A stretch of 64,000 nucleotides of DNA from Myxococcota bacterium (GTDB taxonomy: Bacteria; Myxococcota_A; UBA9160; UBA6930): positions 4,736,001 through 4,800,000 of the forward strand of contig OZ245002.1 in assembly GCA_965223415.1 (NCBI GenBank), written 5' to 3'. Shown here piece after piece: positions 10,306 through 19,394 of the stretch. A program made the position numbers and the translations under genes. Each line of letters opens with the position of its first letter. Position 1 is the first letter of the stretch. The notes under the pieces are model-generated. The model was not told where the DNA came from. It did not search any database and worked only from the letters and a program-made list of their open reading frames with translations.

Positions 10306-11136
10306 ATGAGTTTCGGGACCGACGCCGTATCCGACGGCGGCCAGCCGCTTGGCTCGGCGTACGCGGTCAAGCTCGAGATCTTCGAGGGTCCCCTCGATCT
10401 CCTGCTGCACCTGATCCGGCTGAACGAGGTGGATGTCACCGACATCGCCATCGCCGACATCGCGGGCCAGTACGTCGAGTACCTCGCCCTGATGCAGGAG
10501 CTGAACCTCGACGTAGCCGGCGAGTACCTGCTGATGGCCGCCACCCTGGCCTGGATCAAGAGCCGGCTCATCCTCCCGCCCAACGAAGAGGACGAGGACG
10601 ACGACGGCCTCGACCCGCGCGCGGAGCTCGTGGCGCGGCTCCTCGAGTACCAGCGTTTCAAGGAGGTGGCCGAGCAGCTGGGGGAGCGCACCTTGCTCGA
10701 GCGCGACGTCTACGCCGCACGCCACCCGGAGCTGGAGGCTACGCCCGAGAGCGAGCGGGAGCTGGCGGTCGACCTGGTCAAGCTCGTGGAGGCGTTCCGG
10801 CGGGTCCTCGCGAGCGCCCGGCCCGAGAGCCACGCCCACGAGGTGGAGGCGGAGAGCGTCACGGTCCGCGAGTGCATGATCCGCGTGATGGACGTGCTCC
10901 GGGACGTGGAGCAGATCGAGTTCGAGGAGATCTTCGCCCGCGGCCCGGACGGCGGCCCGCCGTCGCGGCCCGTCCTCGTGACCACCTTCCTCGCCCTGCT
11001 CGAGCTGGTGCGGCTCGCGGCCGTGCGGGTCTACCAAGGGGTCGACGAGGCCTCCGTGCCCGAGGGACCGATCCACCTGCGACGCGCGGACGAGGGCGAT
11101 GACGCCTGGAGCGACCGCGTGTCGGAGATCATGTAG
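10306..11136 (+). CDS. scpA: Segregation and condensation protein A
   Basis: VKLEIFEGPLDLLLHLI, GEYLLMAATL..IKSR, VTTFLALLEL. Confidence 0.95.
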   Translation: MSFGTDAVSDGGQPLGSAYAVKLEIFEGPLDLLLHLIRLNEVDVTDIAIADIAGQYVEYLALMQELNLDVAGEYLLMAATLAWIKSRLILPPNEEDEDDDGLDPRAELVARLLEYQRFKEVAEQLGERTLLERDVYAARHPELEATPESERELAVDLVKLVEAFRRVLASARPESHAHEVEAESVTVRECMIRVMDVLRDVEQIEFEEIFARGPDGGPPSRPVLVTTFLALLELVRLAAVRVYQGVDEASVPEGPIHLRRADEGDDAWSDRVSEIM

Positions 11137-11144
11137 GAGGCGCC

Positions 11145-11816
11145 ATGGACCGGCAGCAGCAGAAGCAGATCGTCGAGGCCTTGATCCTGGCGTCTCCAGA
11201 GCCGGTGACCGCCCAGCGATTGGCCCAGATCGTGCCCTACCTGAAGCCCGCCAAGGCCAAGGAGCTGGTGGCCGAGCTGGGCAAGGAGTACGAGGAGCAG
11301 GATCGCGCCTTCGAGGTGTGGGAGGTGGCCGGCGGCTACCAGATCCGCACGCGGGCCGAGTTCTCGGGCTACCTGCGCGAGCTCCAGGCGGAGCGTCCCC
11401 TGCGGCTCTCCCGGGCGGCCCTCGAGACCCTCTCGGTCATCGCCTACAAGCAGCCGGTCACCCGGGCCGAGGTGGAGCACGTGCGCGGGGTCGACGTGGG
11501 CGCCACGGTGCGAAGCCTGGTCGACCGCAAGCTGGTGCGCATCGCCGGCCACCGCGAGGTGCCCGGCCGGCCCATGCTCTACGCCACCACGAAGCGCTTC
11601 CTCGAGGTCTTCGGTCTCCCGAAGCTCGACGATCTCCCGACCCTTCGCGAGATCGAGGAGCTCCTCCCGGCGGACGAGGGCGCCGGATCCGAGGTGCTGC
11701 TCCCCGCCGACGAGGGCGCCGGATCCGCGGAGGAGAGCGCCGGGGCCGACGCGAGCCCGGCGCCCCCGCCGGAGGCAGAGCCCGCCGCGACCGAGGCGCC
11801 CGGCGAGCTGCACTGA
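11145..11816 (+). CDS. scpB: Segregation and condensation protein B
   Basis: VAGGYQIRT, LSRAALETLSVIAYKQPVTRAEVEHVRGV, GRPMLYATT. Confidence 0.95.
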   Translation: MDRQQQKQIVEALILASPEPVTAQRLAQIVPYLKPAKAKELVAELGKEYEEQDRAFEVWEVAGGYQIRTRAEFSGYLRELQAERPLRLSRAALETLSVIAYKQPVTRAEVEHVRGVDVGATVRSLVDRKLVRIAGHREVPGRPMLYATTKRFLEVFGLPKLDDLPTLREIEELLPADEGAGSEVLLPADEGAGSAEESAGADASPAPPPEAEPAATEAPGELH

Positions 11817-12610
11817 GCGAGGAGCGCCTCCAGAAGCTCCTGGCCGCCGCCGGCGTCGCTTCCCGGCGCGCCTCGGAGGCGTGGATTCGTGCGGGCCGGG
11901 TCACGGTGAACGGCAGGACGGCCGAGCTGGGCGCCCGCGCCGATCCGGCCCGCGACGAGATCCGCGTCGACGGCGAGCCCCTGCGCCTCGGCCGACGCGT
12001 CTACTGGCTCGTCCACAAGCCGCGGGGCGTGCTCACGACGACCTCCGATCCCTGGGCGCGGCGTCAGGGGAGGCAGACCGTGCTGGACCTCCTGCCGGAG
12101 CCGGCCCACGAGGCCCGGCCCCACCCGGTCGGGCGTCTCGACGCCGAGAGCGAGGGCCTGGTCCTGCTGACCACCGACGGCGAGCTCACCCAGGCCCTCT
12201 TGCATCCGTCCCTCGGTAGCGAGCGCGAGTACCGGGTGACGGTGCGGGGCCGGCTCGGGCCCGGAAGCGTGCAGCGCCTGCGCACGGGCCTGCGGCTCGA
12301 CGACGGGCCCACCCAGCCGTGGAAGGTCCGGGTGCGGGGCTTCGACGAGGACGCCGGCACGACGAAGCTGGACGTGGTGTTGCCCGAGGGCCGCAAGCAC
12401 CAGATCCGGCGCGCCTTCCTCGCCCTTGGCCATCCGGTGCGGCGGCTGGTGCGCACGCGCATGGGGCCGCTGCGCCTGGGCCGGCTGCCGCGGGGTGCAG
12501 CACGGGCGCTCTCGGCCGGGGAGGTCCGGAAGCTCCGGGAGCACGCCGCCCGCCTGCGGCGGCGTCGTGACCGTGGGCCCCGCTCAGCCGCGCGCAACAA
12601 GCGCGCATAG
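11813..12610 (+). CDS. rluB: rRNA pseudouridine synthase (RluB/RsuA family)
   Basis: ERLQKLLAAAGVASRR S4 domain; catalytic VGRLD; start codon uncertain (CTG overlapping scpB stop). Confidence 0.88.
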   Translation: MSEERLQKLLAAAGVASRRASEAWIRAGRVTVNGRTAELGARADPARDEIRVDGEPLRLGRRVYWLVHKPRGVLTTTSDPWARRQGRQTVLDLLPEPAHEARPHPVGRLDAESEGLVLLTTDGELTQALLHPSLGSEREYRVTVRGRLGPGSVQRLRTGLRLDDGPTQPWKVRVRGFDEDAGTTKLDVVLPEGRKHQIRRAFLALGHPVRRLVRTRMGPLRLGRLPRGAARALSAGEVRKLREHAARLRRRRDRGPRSAARNKRA

Positions 12611-12675
12611 CGACCGCCGCACCTCCGGAAACCCGCAGCGCCCCGAAGTCATCTCTCGAAGTTCACCCCATCTCG

Positions 12676-12705
12676 TTGATTTCAAAGCGCTTTCTCTAGT
12701 AGAAT
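12676..12705 (+). promoter_or_regulatory. Putative sigma70 promoter with palindrome in spacer
   Basis: TTGATT-18 bp-TAGAAT in an AT-rich patch; AAAGCGCTTT palindrome in the spacer. Confidence 0.5.
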
Positions 12706-12738
12706 GGCCATCTCTTCTTGCCGGGGTGGATGCGGAAC

Positions 12739-13611
12739 ATGCGGACGAGGTGGCAGAAGCGGTGTCTCCGGGTGGGCGGCTTCGTGCTGGCCGGTGCCTT
12801 CGGGCTGGCTCCCGACGCGAGCCTCGCCGGGGCGATCACGGGCATCTGCCCGGACGGCAGCCTCTACGTCGTGCAGTCCGAGGCGAAGGTTCCGTGTCGC
12901 GCGTCCAAGCGCGTGCGCCCGGAGGACGTGCCGCCGGTGCGTCCCCAGTACCGCCCCACGCCCTACACCTGGGACGTGTGGAACGAGCGCAACGACCCGA
13001 ACAACCCCTACAACCTGATCGACTCCGCCCGCCAGGTGCGCGACTTCCAGGCTTCGCTTCCGGCCGTCGACACCGCGCCGGCGCCGGGCATGGCGCCGCA
13101 GGATCCGCAGGCGCCGCCGCCCCGCGACGTCGGTCCCCTCGACCTCGGGCTCTCGGACCAGGAGCTGCGCGATCTCTACCGGATCGTCGAGCTTTCCCAG
13201 GAGCACGCGCCGGCGCACATCGCGCGGCGCACCGCCGACGGCCGGGGCATCTTCGAGGTAGCCTTCGCCCACTCTCGGGCGTTCGAGGCCATGCTGCAGC
13301 GGGCCTGGAGCTCCCGCGGCGGCCTCGCCCAGGGCCCGGTGCTGCTGTTCACGGCGCGCTCCAAGCGGCCCGAGGCCTTTCACGCGAACTTCACCATGCT
13401 CCAGGGGCACCTGAGCTTCCAGCCCGACGCCCGGGATCCGGGACAGCTCGGCATCCTCCAGGGCCGGCTCGGCGATCTCGCCGCCGACGAGATCGTGATG
13501 GGCTATGTGGTCCTCCCGGAGGCCATGGACCTCAGCGGCGACCTCGACCTCTATTGGAACGACCGCCACGTCCGCGCCCGCCTCGGCCCCCGCCAGGCCG
13601 CCCAGCACTAG
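12739..13611 (+). CDS. Hypothetical secreted protein
   Basis: Signal-peptide-like N-terminus (..SLA/GAITGICPDGS); codon usage like host; start uncertain. Confidence 0.7.
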   Translation: MRTRWQKRCLRVGGFVLAGAFGLAPDASLAGAITGICPDGSLYVVQSEAKVPCRASKRVRPEDVPPVRPQYRPTPYTWDVWNERNDPNNPYNLIDSARQVRDFQASLPAVDTAPAPGMAPQDPQAPPPRDVGPLDLGLSDQELRDLYRIVELSQEHAPAHIARRTADGRGIFEVAFAHSRAFEAMLQRAWSSRGGLAQGPVLLFTARSKRPEAFHANFTMLQGHLSFQPDARDPGQLGILQGRLGDLAADEIVMGYVVLPEAMDLSGDLDLYWNDRHVRARLGPRQAAQH

Positions 13612-13614
13612 AAC

Positions 13615-13682
13615 GCAAGAGTGGGGACGTTCCTTGCAACTTGCGCATCTGCGCAAGTTGCAAGGAACGTCCCCACTCTTGC
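13615..13682. repeat. 68-bp perfect palindrome between convergent genes (REP-like; possible bidirectional terminator)
   Basis: GCAAGAGTGGGGACGTTCCTTGCAACTTGCGCA-tc-TGCGCAAGTTGCAAGGAACGTCCCCACTCTTGC. Confidence 0.9.
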
Positions 13683-13691
13683 AGTCGCGGG

Positions 13692-14201
13692 TCAGCGGGG
13701 GAAGGTGACGAAGAGCTGGGTGTAGACGAAGCTCCCGTCCGGGGCCCGGGCGATGCCGATGCCAGTCGAGTTGAAGGGCCGCGCGACCAGGTTCTGGTGG
13801 TGCAGCGGGGAGCGGATCCAGCCGGTCAGGATCTCGTCGTTGGGGTGGCTCTTGTTGGTGCGCCCGACGTTCTCGCCGGCCATGGCGAAGCCTTCGACGC
13901 CGGCGGCACGCAGGCGCCCGACCCAGTCGAGGCCTTCGGGCGAGTGGTGGGAGAGGTAGCTGCGGCGGGCCATGTCCTCGGAGTGGGCGCGGGCCACCGC
14001 ATCGAGGGCCGGGTGGCGGTGCAGCTCGATCAGCCGGTGCTCACGGCGGAAGCTGTTCACCTCTCGCGCGAGCAGGCCCTCCATGCGGGCCAGGTCCGGG
14101 TCGGCGGCGTAGGCCCAGGGCGCCGTCAGCGGGACCAGCAGGACCAGGGAGGCCCACAGGCCGAAGGCGAAGTACGCCGCGTGCCACAGCGTGCGCGGCA
14201 C
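13692..14201 (-). CDS. CAP/SCP domain protein
   Basis: ARAHSEDMA, GENVG, WIRSPLHHQNL, GIGIA, YTQLF. Confidence 0.9.
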   Translation of the reverse strand: MPRTLWHAAYFAFGLWASLVLLVPLTAPWAYAADPDLARMEGLLAREVNSFRREHRLIELHRHPALDAVARAHSEDMARRSYLSHHSPEGLDWVGRLRAAGVEGFAMAGENVGRTNKSHPNDEILTGWIRSPLHHQNLVARPFNSTGIGIARAPDGSFVYTQLFVTFPR

Positions 14202-15652
14202 TAGGACGAGCCCTCGTCCCAGACGGGCTGGCTCAGGGTCTCGCGATCCACCGACTCCTGGAGCGCCTCCTCGAGCAGCTCGCGGCGGGCCAGGCGACCT
14301 TCCTCGTAGTAGGAGCGCGTGTCGATCAGGCCGTCGCCGTCCTGGTCCTCGTCGCGCTGGAGCACCCGCTGCTCGGCGTCGTAGAGGGTCACCCGGTCGA
14401 CCCGGCCGTCGCCGTCCCGGTCCTCCCGCTCCCGGACCAGCCGGCCATTCTCGTAGAAGGCCATGCGGTTGCGGAAGCCGTCGCCGTTCAGGTCCTGCTC
14501 CTCCCGGGCGATCTGACCGTCCCGGTAGAAGGTCCAGGTGTCGAGGAAGCCGTCGAAGTCCGTGTCGCGCCTTTGACGGGCCATCTCGCCGGCGCGGTAT
14601 TCGGCCCAGGAGTCGAGACGCCCGTCGAGGTTCGTGTCCTCCTCGACACTCTGCTCCTTGCCCTGGCGGTCGAAGTACACGGTGCGGTCCGGTGCCGAGT
14701 CGCCGTCCTCGTCGAAGAGCTCACGCACCCGCTGGCCCTGGTGTCGGTACACCCAGCGGTCCGGACGCCCGTCGCCGTCCCGGTCGCTCACCTCGTCGGC
14801 GACGCCGCCGCGGCGTGGGTTCGGCTCGGAGGGAGAGGTGCCGGCTCGGGCCTGGGCCATGTCTTCGGGCCGCGCCTTCGGAGGCAGGCCCGCCTGGAGC
14901 ACGGCGAGCTCGTCGGCGATGGAGAAGGAGCGCCCGGTCGGGGCCGGGGCCACCGACGCATGCTGGGTCGGCTCCGGCGGCGGTTCCGGAGCGCCCCCGG
15001 GCACCGGCAGGGGCAGCGGGATCGGCGGCACGCCACCGCTGCCGCCCCCGAGCTGCCGTTCGAGCTCGGCCAGCCGGGCGTTCTCCACCGCCCGGTGCGG
15101 ATCGCTCACGACCGGCGGCTGCGGGCTGGGCGCCGTCACGCCCGGGCTCGGCGCCGAGCGGGAGCTGTGCTGCTGGCCCTGTCCGGTGCGGGTCGTCTGC
15201 TGCTGCATCGGCGCGCTGGTGGGGGCCGTCTGCTGATGCATCGGCGCGCCGCCCGGTGCCGTCTGCTCCTGCTCCGGCTCGGTGCTGCCTTGCCCCTGCC
15301 CGGTCGCCCGGCGGATGCCTTCGACGGCAGCGCCTGCAGGCGCGGCCAGCACGCCGGCCGGTCCCGTCGCCGCGGCCATGGCGCTCTCCTTCGGGTCCGA
15401 GGTCACGACCCGGTGGGTCTTCCCCTGGCTCTTCGAGCCGCCGAGGAAGGTCACCTCCCCGACCGACGGGCCGCCCGGCTGGCCCGGGCCAGGCATCGGC
15501 AGGCTCTGCCCGGGGAGCAGCACCTTGGCACCGGCACCGAAGTCGAAGTTGGGCTGCCGTTCGATCGTCTTGTTCGTGTCGCCGCTCGCGCAGCCGATTC
15601 CAAGGGCCAGCAGCGCCACGGTGAGGATCGGGGTGGAGTTCCGCTTCCGCAT
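14201..15652 (-). CDS. Lipoprotein with Pro/Gln-rich linker and ~7 DxDxDG repeats
   Basis: Lipobox-like LGIGC; repeats DRDGDGRPD, DEDGDSAPD, DTNLDGRLD, DTDFDGFLD, DLNGDG, DRDGDG, DQDGDG. Confidence 0.75.
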   Translation of the reverse strand: MRKRNSTPILTVALLALGIGCASGDTNKTIERQPNFDFGAGAKVLLPGQSLPMPGPGQPGGPSVGEVTFLGGSKSQGKTHRVVTSDPKESAMAAATGPAGVLAAPAGAAVEGIRRATGQGQGSTEPEQEQTAPGGAPMHQQTAPTSAPMQQQTTRTGQGQQHSSRSAPSPGVTAPSPQPPVVSDPHRAVENARLAELERQLGGGSGGVPPIPLPLPVPGGAPEPPPEPTQHASVAPAPTGRSFSIADELAVLQAGLPPKARPEDMAQARAGTSPSEPNPRRGGVADEVSDRDGDGRPDRWVYRHQGQRVRELFDEDGDSAPDRTVYFDRQGKEQSVEEDTNLDGRLDSWAEYRAGEMARQRRDTDFDGFLDTWTFYRDGQIAREEQDLNGDGFRNRMAFYENGRLVREREDRDGDGRVDRVTLYDAEQRVLQRDEDQDGDGLIDTRSYYEEGRLARRELLEEALQESVDRETLSQPVWDEGSS

Positions 15653-15845
15653 GTTCACCTCTCTCCGGCTCCGCGCGCGGGCACAGAGCGCCGGATCCAG
15701 GTTCTGCAAGAAGCATGCGACCGCGGCTCCAGGGACCGGCAGGAGCCGAAGCCGATGCGGCCCCCTGGACTTGCGTCGCGACCTGCGCAGCGCCTGCCGG
15801 TCGCGACGTCCGGCGAAAGGGGTAGGGGGCTACCCAGGGTGGGAC

Positions 15846-16856
15846 CTAGTCGTCCCCGCTCCCGCCGCCGAGCCGGTCGATCAGCAGGGTGGCGCCCAGA
15901 CCCAGGAGGACGAGCCCCACGGCGCCGGCCGCCTGGCCGCCGCTCGGGTCGAAGCGCTCGACCAGCCAGTCCTCGGGCTCGACCTCCGGCAGGTCCGCGG
16001 CGGCGAGGACGCGGCCCTTGATGACGTCCCCGGCCTCCGGCGGCACGCCGTGCTGGAAGGGCCACAGCCCGGCGACGGCGCCAACCAGCAGGCCCAGCAG
16101 GGCGCCGAGGGTCGCCTTGGGGAAGCGGTCGAGGGTCCAGCGCAGGAGGTTGCTGATGCCGACCACGCCCACCACCACGCCGATCCCGACGGGCACCGCC
16201 ACGGCGGCCGCCTCCAGCAGCAACGCGAGGTCGGGCCCGCCGTCACCGAGCAAGCCCTGCTTCGCCGTGTCGATGGCGCCCAGGATCGGCAGGTACTGGC
16301 CGAGCAGGATCAGCAGGTAGCCCCCGGAGATGCCGGGCAGGATCATGGCGCCGGCGCCGGCCATGCCGGAGAGCACGAGCAGGCCGGTGGAGGCCTCGCT
16401 GCCGGAGCGCCCCGAGTCGCCCAGCGCCATCCACAGCATCAGGGCGAAGCCTGCCGCCGCGCCCGCCCACAGGGCCGGGGTGGCCGGCCGCGCCAGCCGC
16501 CAGACCAGGGGGACACCACCGAGTGTCAGCCCGATGAACAGGCTGTACATGACCCAGCGCTGCTCGACGACCAGGTCGCGGGTGGGGCCCGCCAGGAGCA
16601 GGATCGCCACGCCCGCGGCGCCGGCGACGATGCCGAGCAGGATCAGCGCGCGCCGGGAGAAGCGGAGGGTCGTCACCTCGGCGATGGCGGCGATGAAGGC
16701 CGGGTAGACCCCCGCCGCCAGCAGCATGGTGCCGCCGGAGATGCCCGGCACCAGGTTCGCCAGCCCCATCAGCACGCCGCCGAGGGACGCTCGGAAGACC
16801 AGGCTGCGCAGGGGCAGGACGTGGTGGCTCTCGACGACCGGCGGGCTCGTGTTCAT
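15846..16856 (-). CDS. DUF368 family membrane protein (undecaprenyl-phosphate translocase-like)
   Basis: MGLANLVPGISGGT and AMILPGISGG re-entrant motifs. Confidence 0.88.
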   Translation of the reverse strand: MNTSPPVVESHHVLPLRSLVFRASLGGVLMGLANLVPGISGGTMLLAAGVYPAFIAAIAEVTTLRFSRRALILLGIVAGAAGVAILLLAGPTRDLVVEQRWVMYSLFIGLTLGGVPLVWRLARPATPALWAGAAAGFALMLWMALGDSGRSGSEASTGLLVLSGMAGAGAMILPGISGGYLLILLGQYLPILGAIDTAKQGLLGDGGPDLALLLEAAAVAVPVGIGVVVGVVGISNLLRWTLDRFPKATLGALLGLLVGAVAGLWPFQHGVPPEAGDVIKGRVLAAADLPEVEPEDWLVERFDPSGGQAAGAVGLVLLGLGATLLIDRLGGGSGDD

Positions 16857-16929
16857 GGCAGCCGGGGACAGTAGCGGTGTGGCCCGCCGATTCACGCCCT
16901 CGGGGCGGCGGCGCGGCTACCCTCTCGCC

Positions 16930-17613
16930 GTGTGCGGTCGGTTCACCCTCAGCAAGTCCGCCTCGGAGATCGCGGCCCACTTCGACCTGCCGGACGTGCC
17001 GGCCCTGGCGCGGCGCTACAACGTGGCGCCCGGCCAGGACGTGGCGGTGGTGGCCTTCGATCCCGCCGAGGACGCCCGGCGTCTGGAGCTGCGGCGCTGG
17101 GGCCTGGTGCCGGGCTGGGCGAAGACGCCGGGCGACGGCGCGCGGCGGATCAACGCACGCGTCGAGACCGTCCAGACCAAGCCGGCCTTTCGCGACGCCC
17201 TGCGCCGGCGGCGCGGCCTCGTGCCCGCCGACGGCTTCTACGAGTGGAAGGAGGCGCCGGGCGGCAAGCTCCCCCACCACCTGGCGCTTCCCGGCGGCGC
17301 GCTCTTCGCCATGGCGGCCGTAGTCGAGCACTGGGAGGATGCGGAGGGACGCAGCGTCGACTCGGTGGCCGTGCTGACCACCGAAGCCGTGGAGCCAATC
17401 CGCGAGATCCACGGCCGCATGCCCGTGATCCTGGCACCCGGCGACTACGCCGCCTGGCTCGACCCGGCGACGGATCCGGCCGAAGCCCTCGCTCTCTGCC
17501 GACCGGGCCCGGCCCGCACCCTCCAAGCCAAGCCCGTCGGCAAGCGAGTGAACGACGTCCGCAACGACGACCCCGAGTGCCTCGAGCTCGAGCCGCTCCC
17601 GCTCTTCGATTGA
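16930..17613 (+). CDS. SOS response-associated peptidase (SRAP/HMCES family)
   Basis: N-terminal (M)CGRF, RYNVAPGQ, WGLVP, INARVET, DGFYEW, IHGRMPV. Confidence 0.93.
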   Translation: MCGRFTLSKSASEIAAHFDLPDVPALARRYNVAPGQDVAVVAFDPAEDARRLELRRWGLVPGWAKTPGDGARRINARVETVQTKPAFRDALRRRRGLVPADGFYEWKEAPGGKLPHHLALPGGALFAMAAVVEHWEDAEGRSVDSVAVLTTEAVEPIREIHGRMPVILAPGDYAAWLDPATDPAEALALCRPGPARTLQAKPVGKRVNDVRNDDPECLELEPLPLFD

Positions 17614-17688
17614 GAAACGGGGCCAGAGTTAAGAATTCAGTTACCCCCCAAGGGGGGTAACTGAATTCTTAACTCTGGCCCCGTTTCT
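17613..17688. repeat. 76-bp perfect, relatively AT-rich palindrome (REP-like)
   Basis: AGAAACGGGGCCAGAGTTAAGAATTCAGTTACCCCCC-aa-GGGGGGTAACTGAATTCTTAACTCTGGCCCCGTTTCT. Confidence 0.9.
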
Positions 17689-17696
17689 TCAGTGCT

Positions 17697-17963
17697 ATGA
17701 CTCCGGCCGTGGTCTCCCGGGTTCGTGCGTGGCTGCTCGTCGGGATCGGCGCGCTCTACGTGCTCTCGATTCCCTGGTATCGCGAGCCTGGCGCGCTTCC
17801 GGGTGGGGGCGCGTCCGGCGGCTGGCTCGGGCTGCCGGACTGGGCCGCGACGGCGCTGGCCTGCTACGTGGCGGTGGCCGTGCTCAACTCGGTCGCCTGG
17901 GCCCTCACCGAGGTGCCGGAGGGCGAGCCCGCCGAGCCCATGGACGGGGACGACGCGCCGTGA
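17697..17963 (+). CDS. Small membrane protein partner of SSS transporter
   Basis: Two hydrophobic segments, PWY and WLGLPDW motifs; GTGA-coupled to symporter. Confidence 0.65.
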   Translation: MTPAVVSRVRAWLLVGIGALYVLSIPWYREPGALPGGGASGGWLGLPDWAATALACYVAVAVLNSVAWALTEVPEGEPAEPMDGDDAP

Positions 17964-19390
17964 GCTTCGGCACCGCCGGCGTCATCGCTCTCGGCGTCTA
18001 CCTGCTGGGCCTCGTCGCGGTGGCCGAGGCCGCCCGCCGCGCGCGCATCGACACCACGCCCGCGGATCACTTCCTGGCGGCCCGGGGCCTCGGCACCTTC
18101 GTCCTGTTCCTCACCCTGTACGCGACGGCCTACAGCGGCAACTCGCTCCTCGGCTACCCGGGCGAGGCCTACCGGCGCGGCTTCTCCTGGATCATGGCGA
18201 CGGGCTTCATGATGTCCATCATCGTCGTGTTCCACGCCCTAGCGCCGAAGCTGCGGCCGCTCGCGGTGCGCCACGGCTTCGTGACACCCGGGGACTGGAT
18301 CCGCCACCGTTTCCGGGACGAGCCCGGGAGCGCCGCCCTGCGCCAGGCCCTGGCTTTCCTGATGGCGGTGGCGCTCGGCAACTTCCTTCTCGCCCAGCTC
18401 GTCGCCATGGGCCACGTGACGAGCCAGGTGACCGGGGGGCTGATCCCGTTCTGGGCCGGCGTGCTCGGCCTGGCGGGGATGATCCTGATGTACGAGACCC
18501 TGGGCGGCATGCGCGCCGTCGCCTGGACCGACGCGGCCCAGGGCGTGCTGATGGCCCTCGGCCTGCTGGCGCTGCTCGCCTGGCTGCTGGGCGAGGCCGG
18601 AGGGCTGGCCGCCGTGAGCGAGGCCATCGCTGTCGCCCGCCCGGCCGCCGTCCGCGTGCCCGACGCGACGGAGCAGGCCAACTGGGCCAGCACGATCGTG
18701 CTGCTCGGCACGGCGAGCGTCGTCTACCCCCAGGCGATCCAGCGCATCTTCGCCGCGAAGAGCAGCGCCTCGCTCAAGCGGGCGTTCTCGCTGATGACGT
18801 TCATGCCGCTCACCACCACCCTGGTCGTGACGTTGATCGGCCTGGCCGCGATCCCGCGGCTGGAAGGCCTCGGTGAGATCCAGGCCGATACGGTGATGCC
18901 CCGTCTGCTCGCCGCCTGGGCGGAGCTCGGCACGGCGCAGATGCTGCTGGGCGTCCTCGTCTTCCTCGGCGCCCTGGCGGCGATCATGTCGACGGCGGAC
19001 TCGGTGCTGCTCTCCCTGGGCTCGCTGATCGCCGTCGACCTCGCCGGTCGCGACGGCCGTCGGCCCGAGACGACCGTCTTCGCCAAGCGCATCGCCATGG
19101 TCGCCATGGCCCTGGCGGTGGTGATCGCCCTGGCGCCGCGCCTCACCCTGTGGCGGTTGATCGAGCTGAAGATGGAGCTGCTGATCCAGGCGGTTCCCGC
19201 GTTCCTGATCGCCCTCCACTGGCGCCGGCCGACCGCGCGGGCGCTGCTGGTCGGGGTGGTGGCGGGCACTCTCGTCGCGGCCGGAGCGGCGCTCCTCGGC
19301 GTGCGGCGGGTCGGCGGCGTGCACGTCGGCGTGATCGGTCTCGCGGTGAACACGGCCTGCGTGCTCGTGGCCGCGGCGTTGCGCCGGTGA
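17960..19390 (+). CDS. Sodium:solute symporter family protein
   Basis: HFLAARGLG, ATAYSGNSLLGYPG, GGMRAVAWTDAAQG, AAIMSTADS. Confidence 0.92.
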   Translation: MSFGTAGVIALGVYLLGLVAVAEAARRARIDTTPADHFLAARGLGTFVLFLTLYATAYSGNSLLGYPGEAYRRGFSWIMATGFMMSIIVVFHALAPKLRPLAVRHGFVTPGDWIRHRFRDEPGSAALRQALAFLMAVALGNFLLAQLVAMGHVTSQVTGGLIPFWAGVLGLAGMILMYETLGGMRAVAWTDAAQGVLMALGLLALLAWLLGEAGGLAAVSEAIAVARPAAVRVPDATEQANWASTIVLLGTASVVYPQAIQRIFAAKSSASLKRAFSLMTFMPLTTTLVVTLIGLAAIPRLEGLGEIQADTVMPRLLAAWAELGTAQMLLGVLVFLGALAAIMSTADSVLLSLGSLIAVDLAGRDGRRPETTVFAKRIAMVAMALAVVIALAPRLTLWRLIELKMELLIQAVPAFLIALHWRRPTARALLVGVVAGTLVAAGAALLGVRRVGGVHVGVIGLAVNTACVLVAAALRR

Positions 19391-19394
19391 GGCG

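Noticed and set aside
11661..11726. 36-bp duplication in scpB (LLPADEGAGS x2)
   Set aside because: In-frame slippage in a disordered tail; no sign of function
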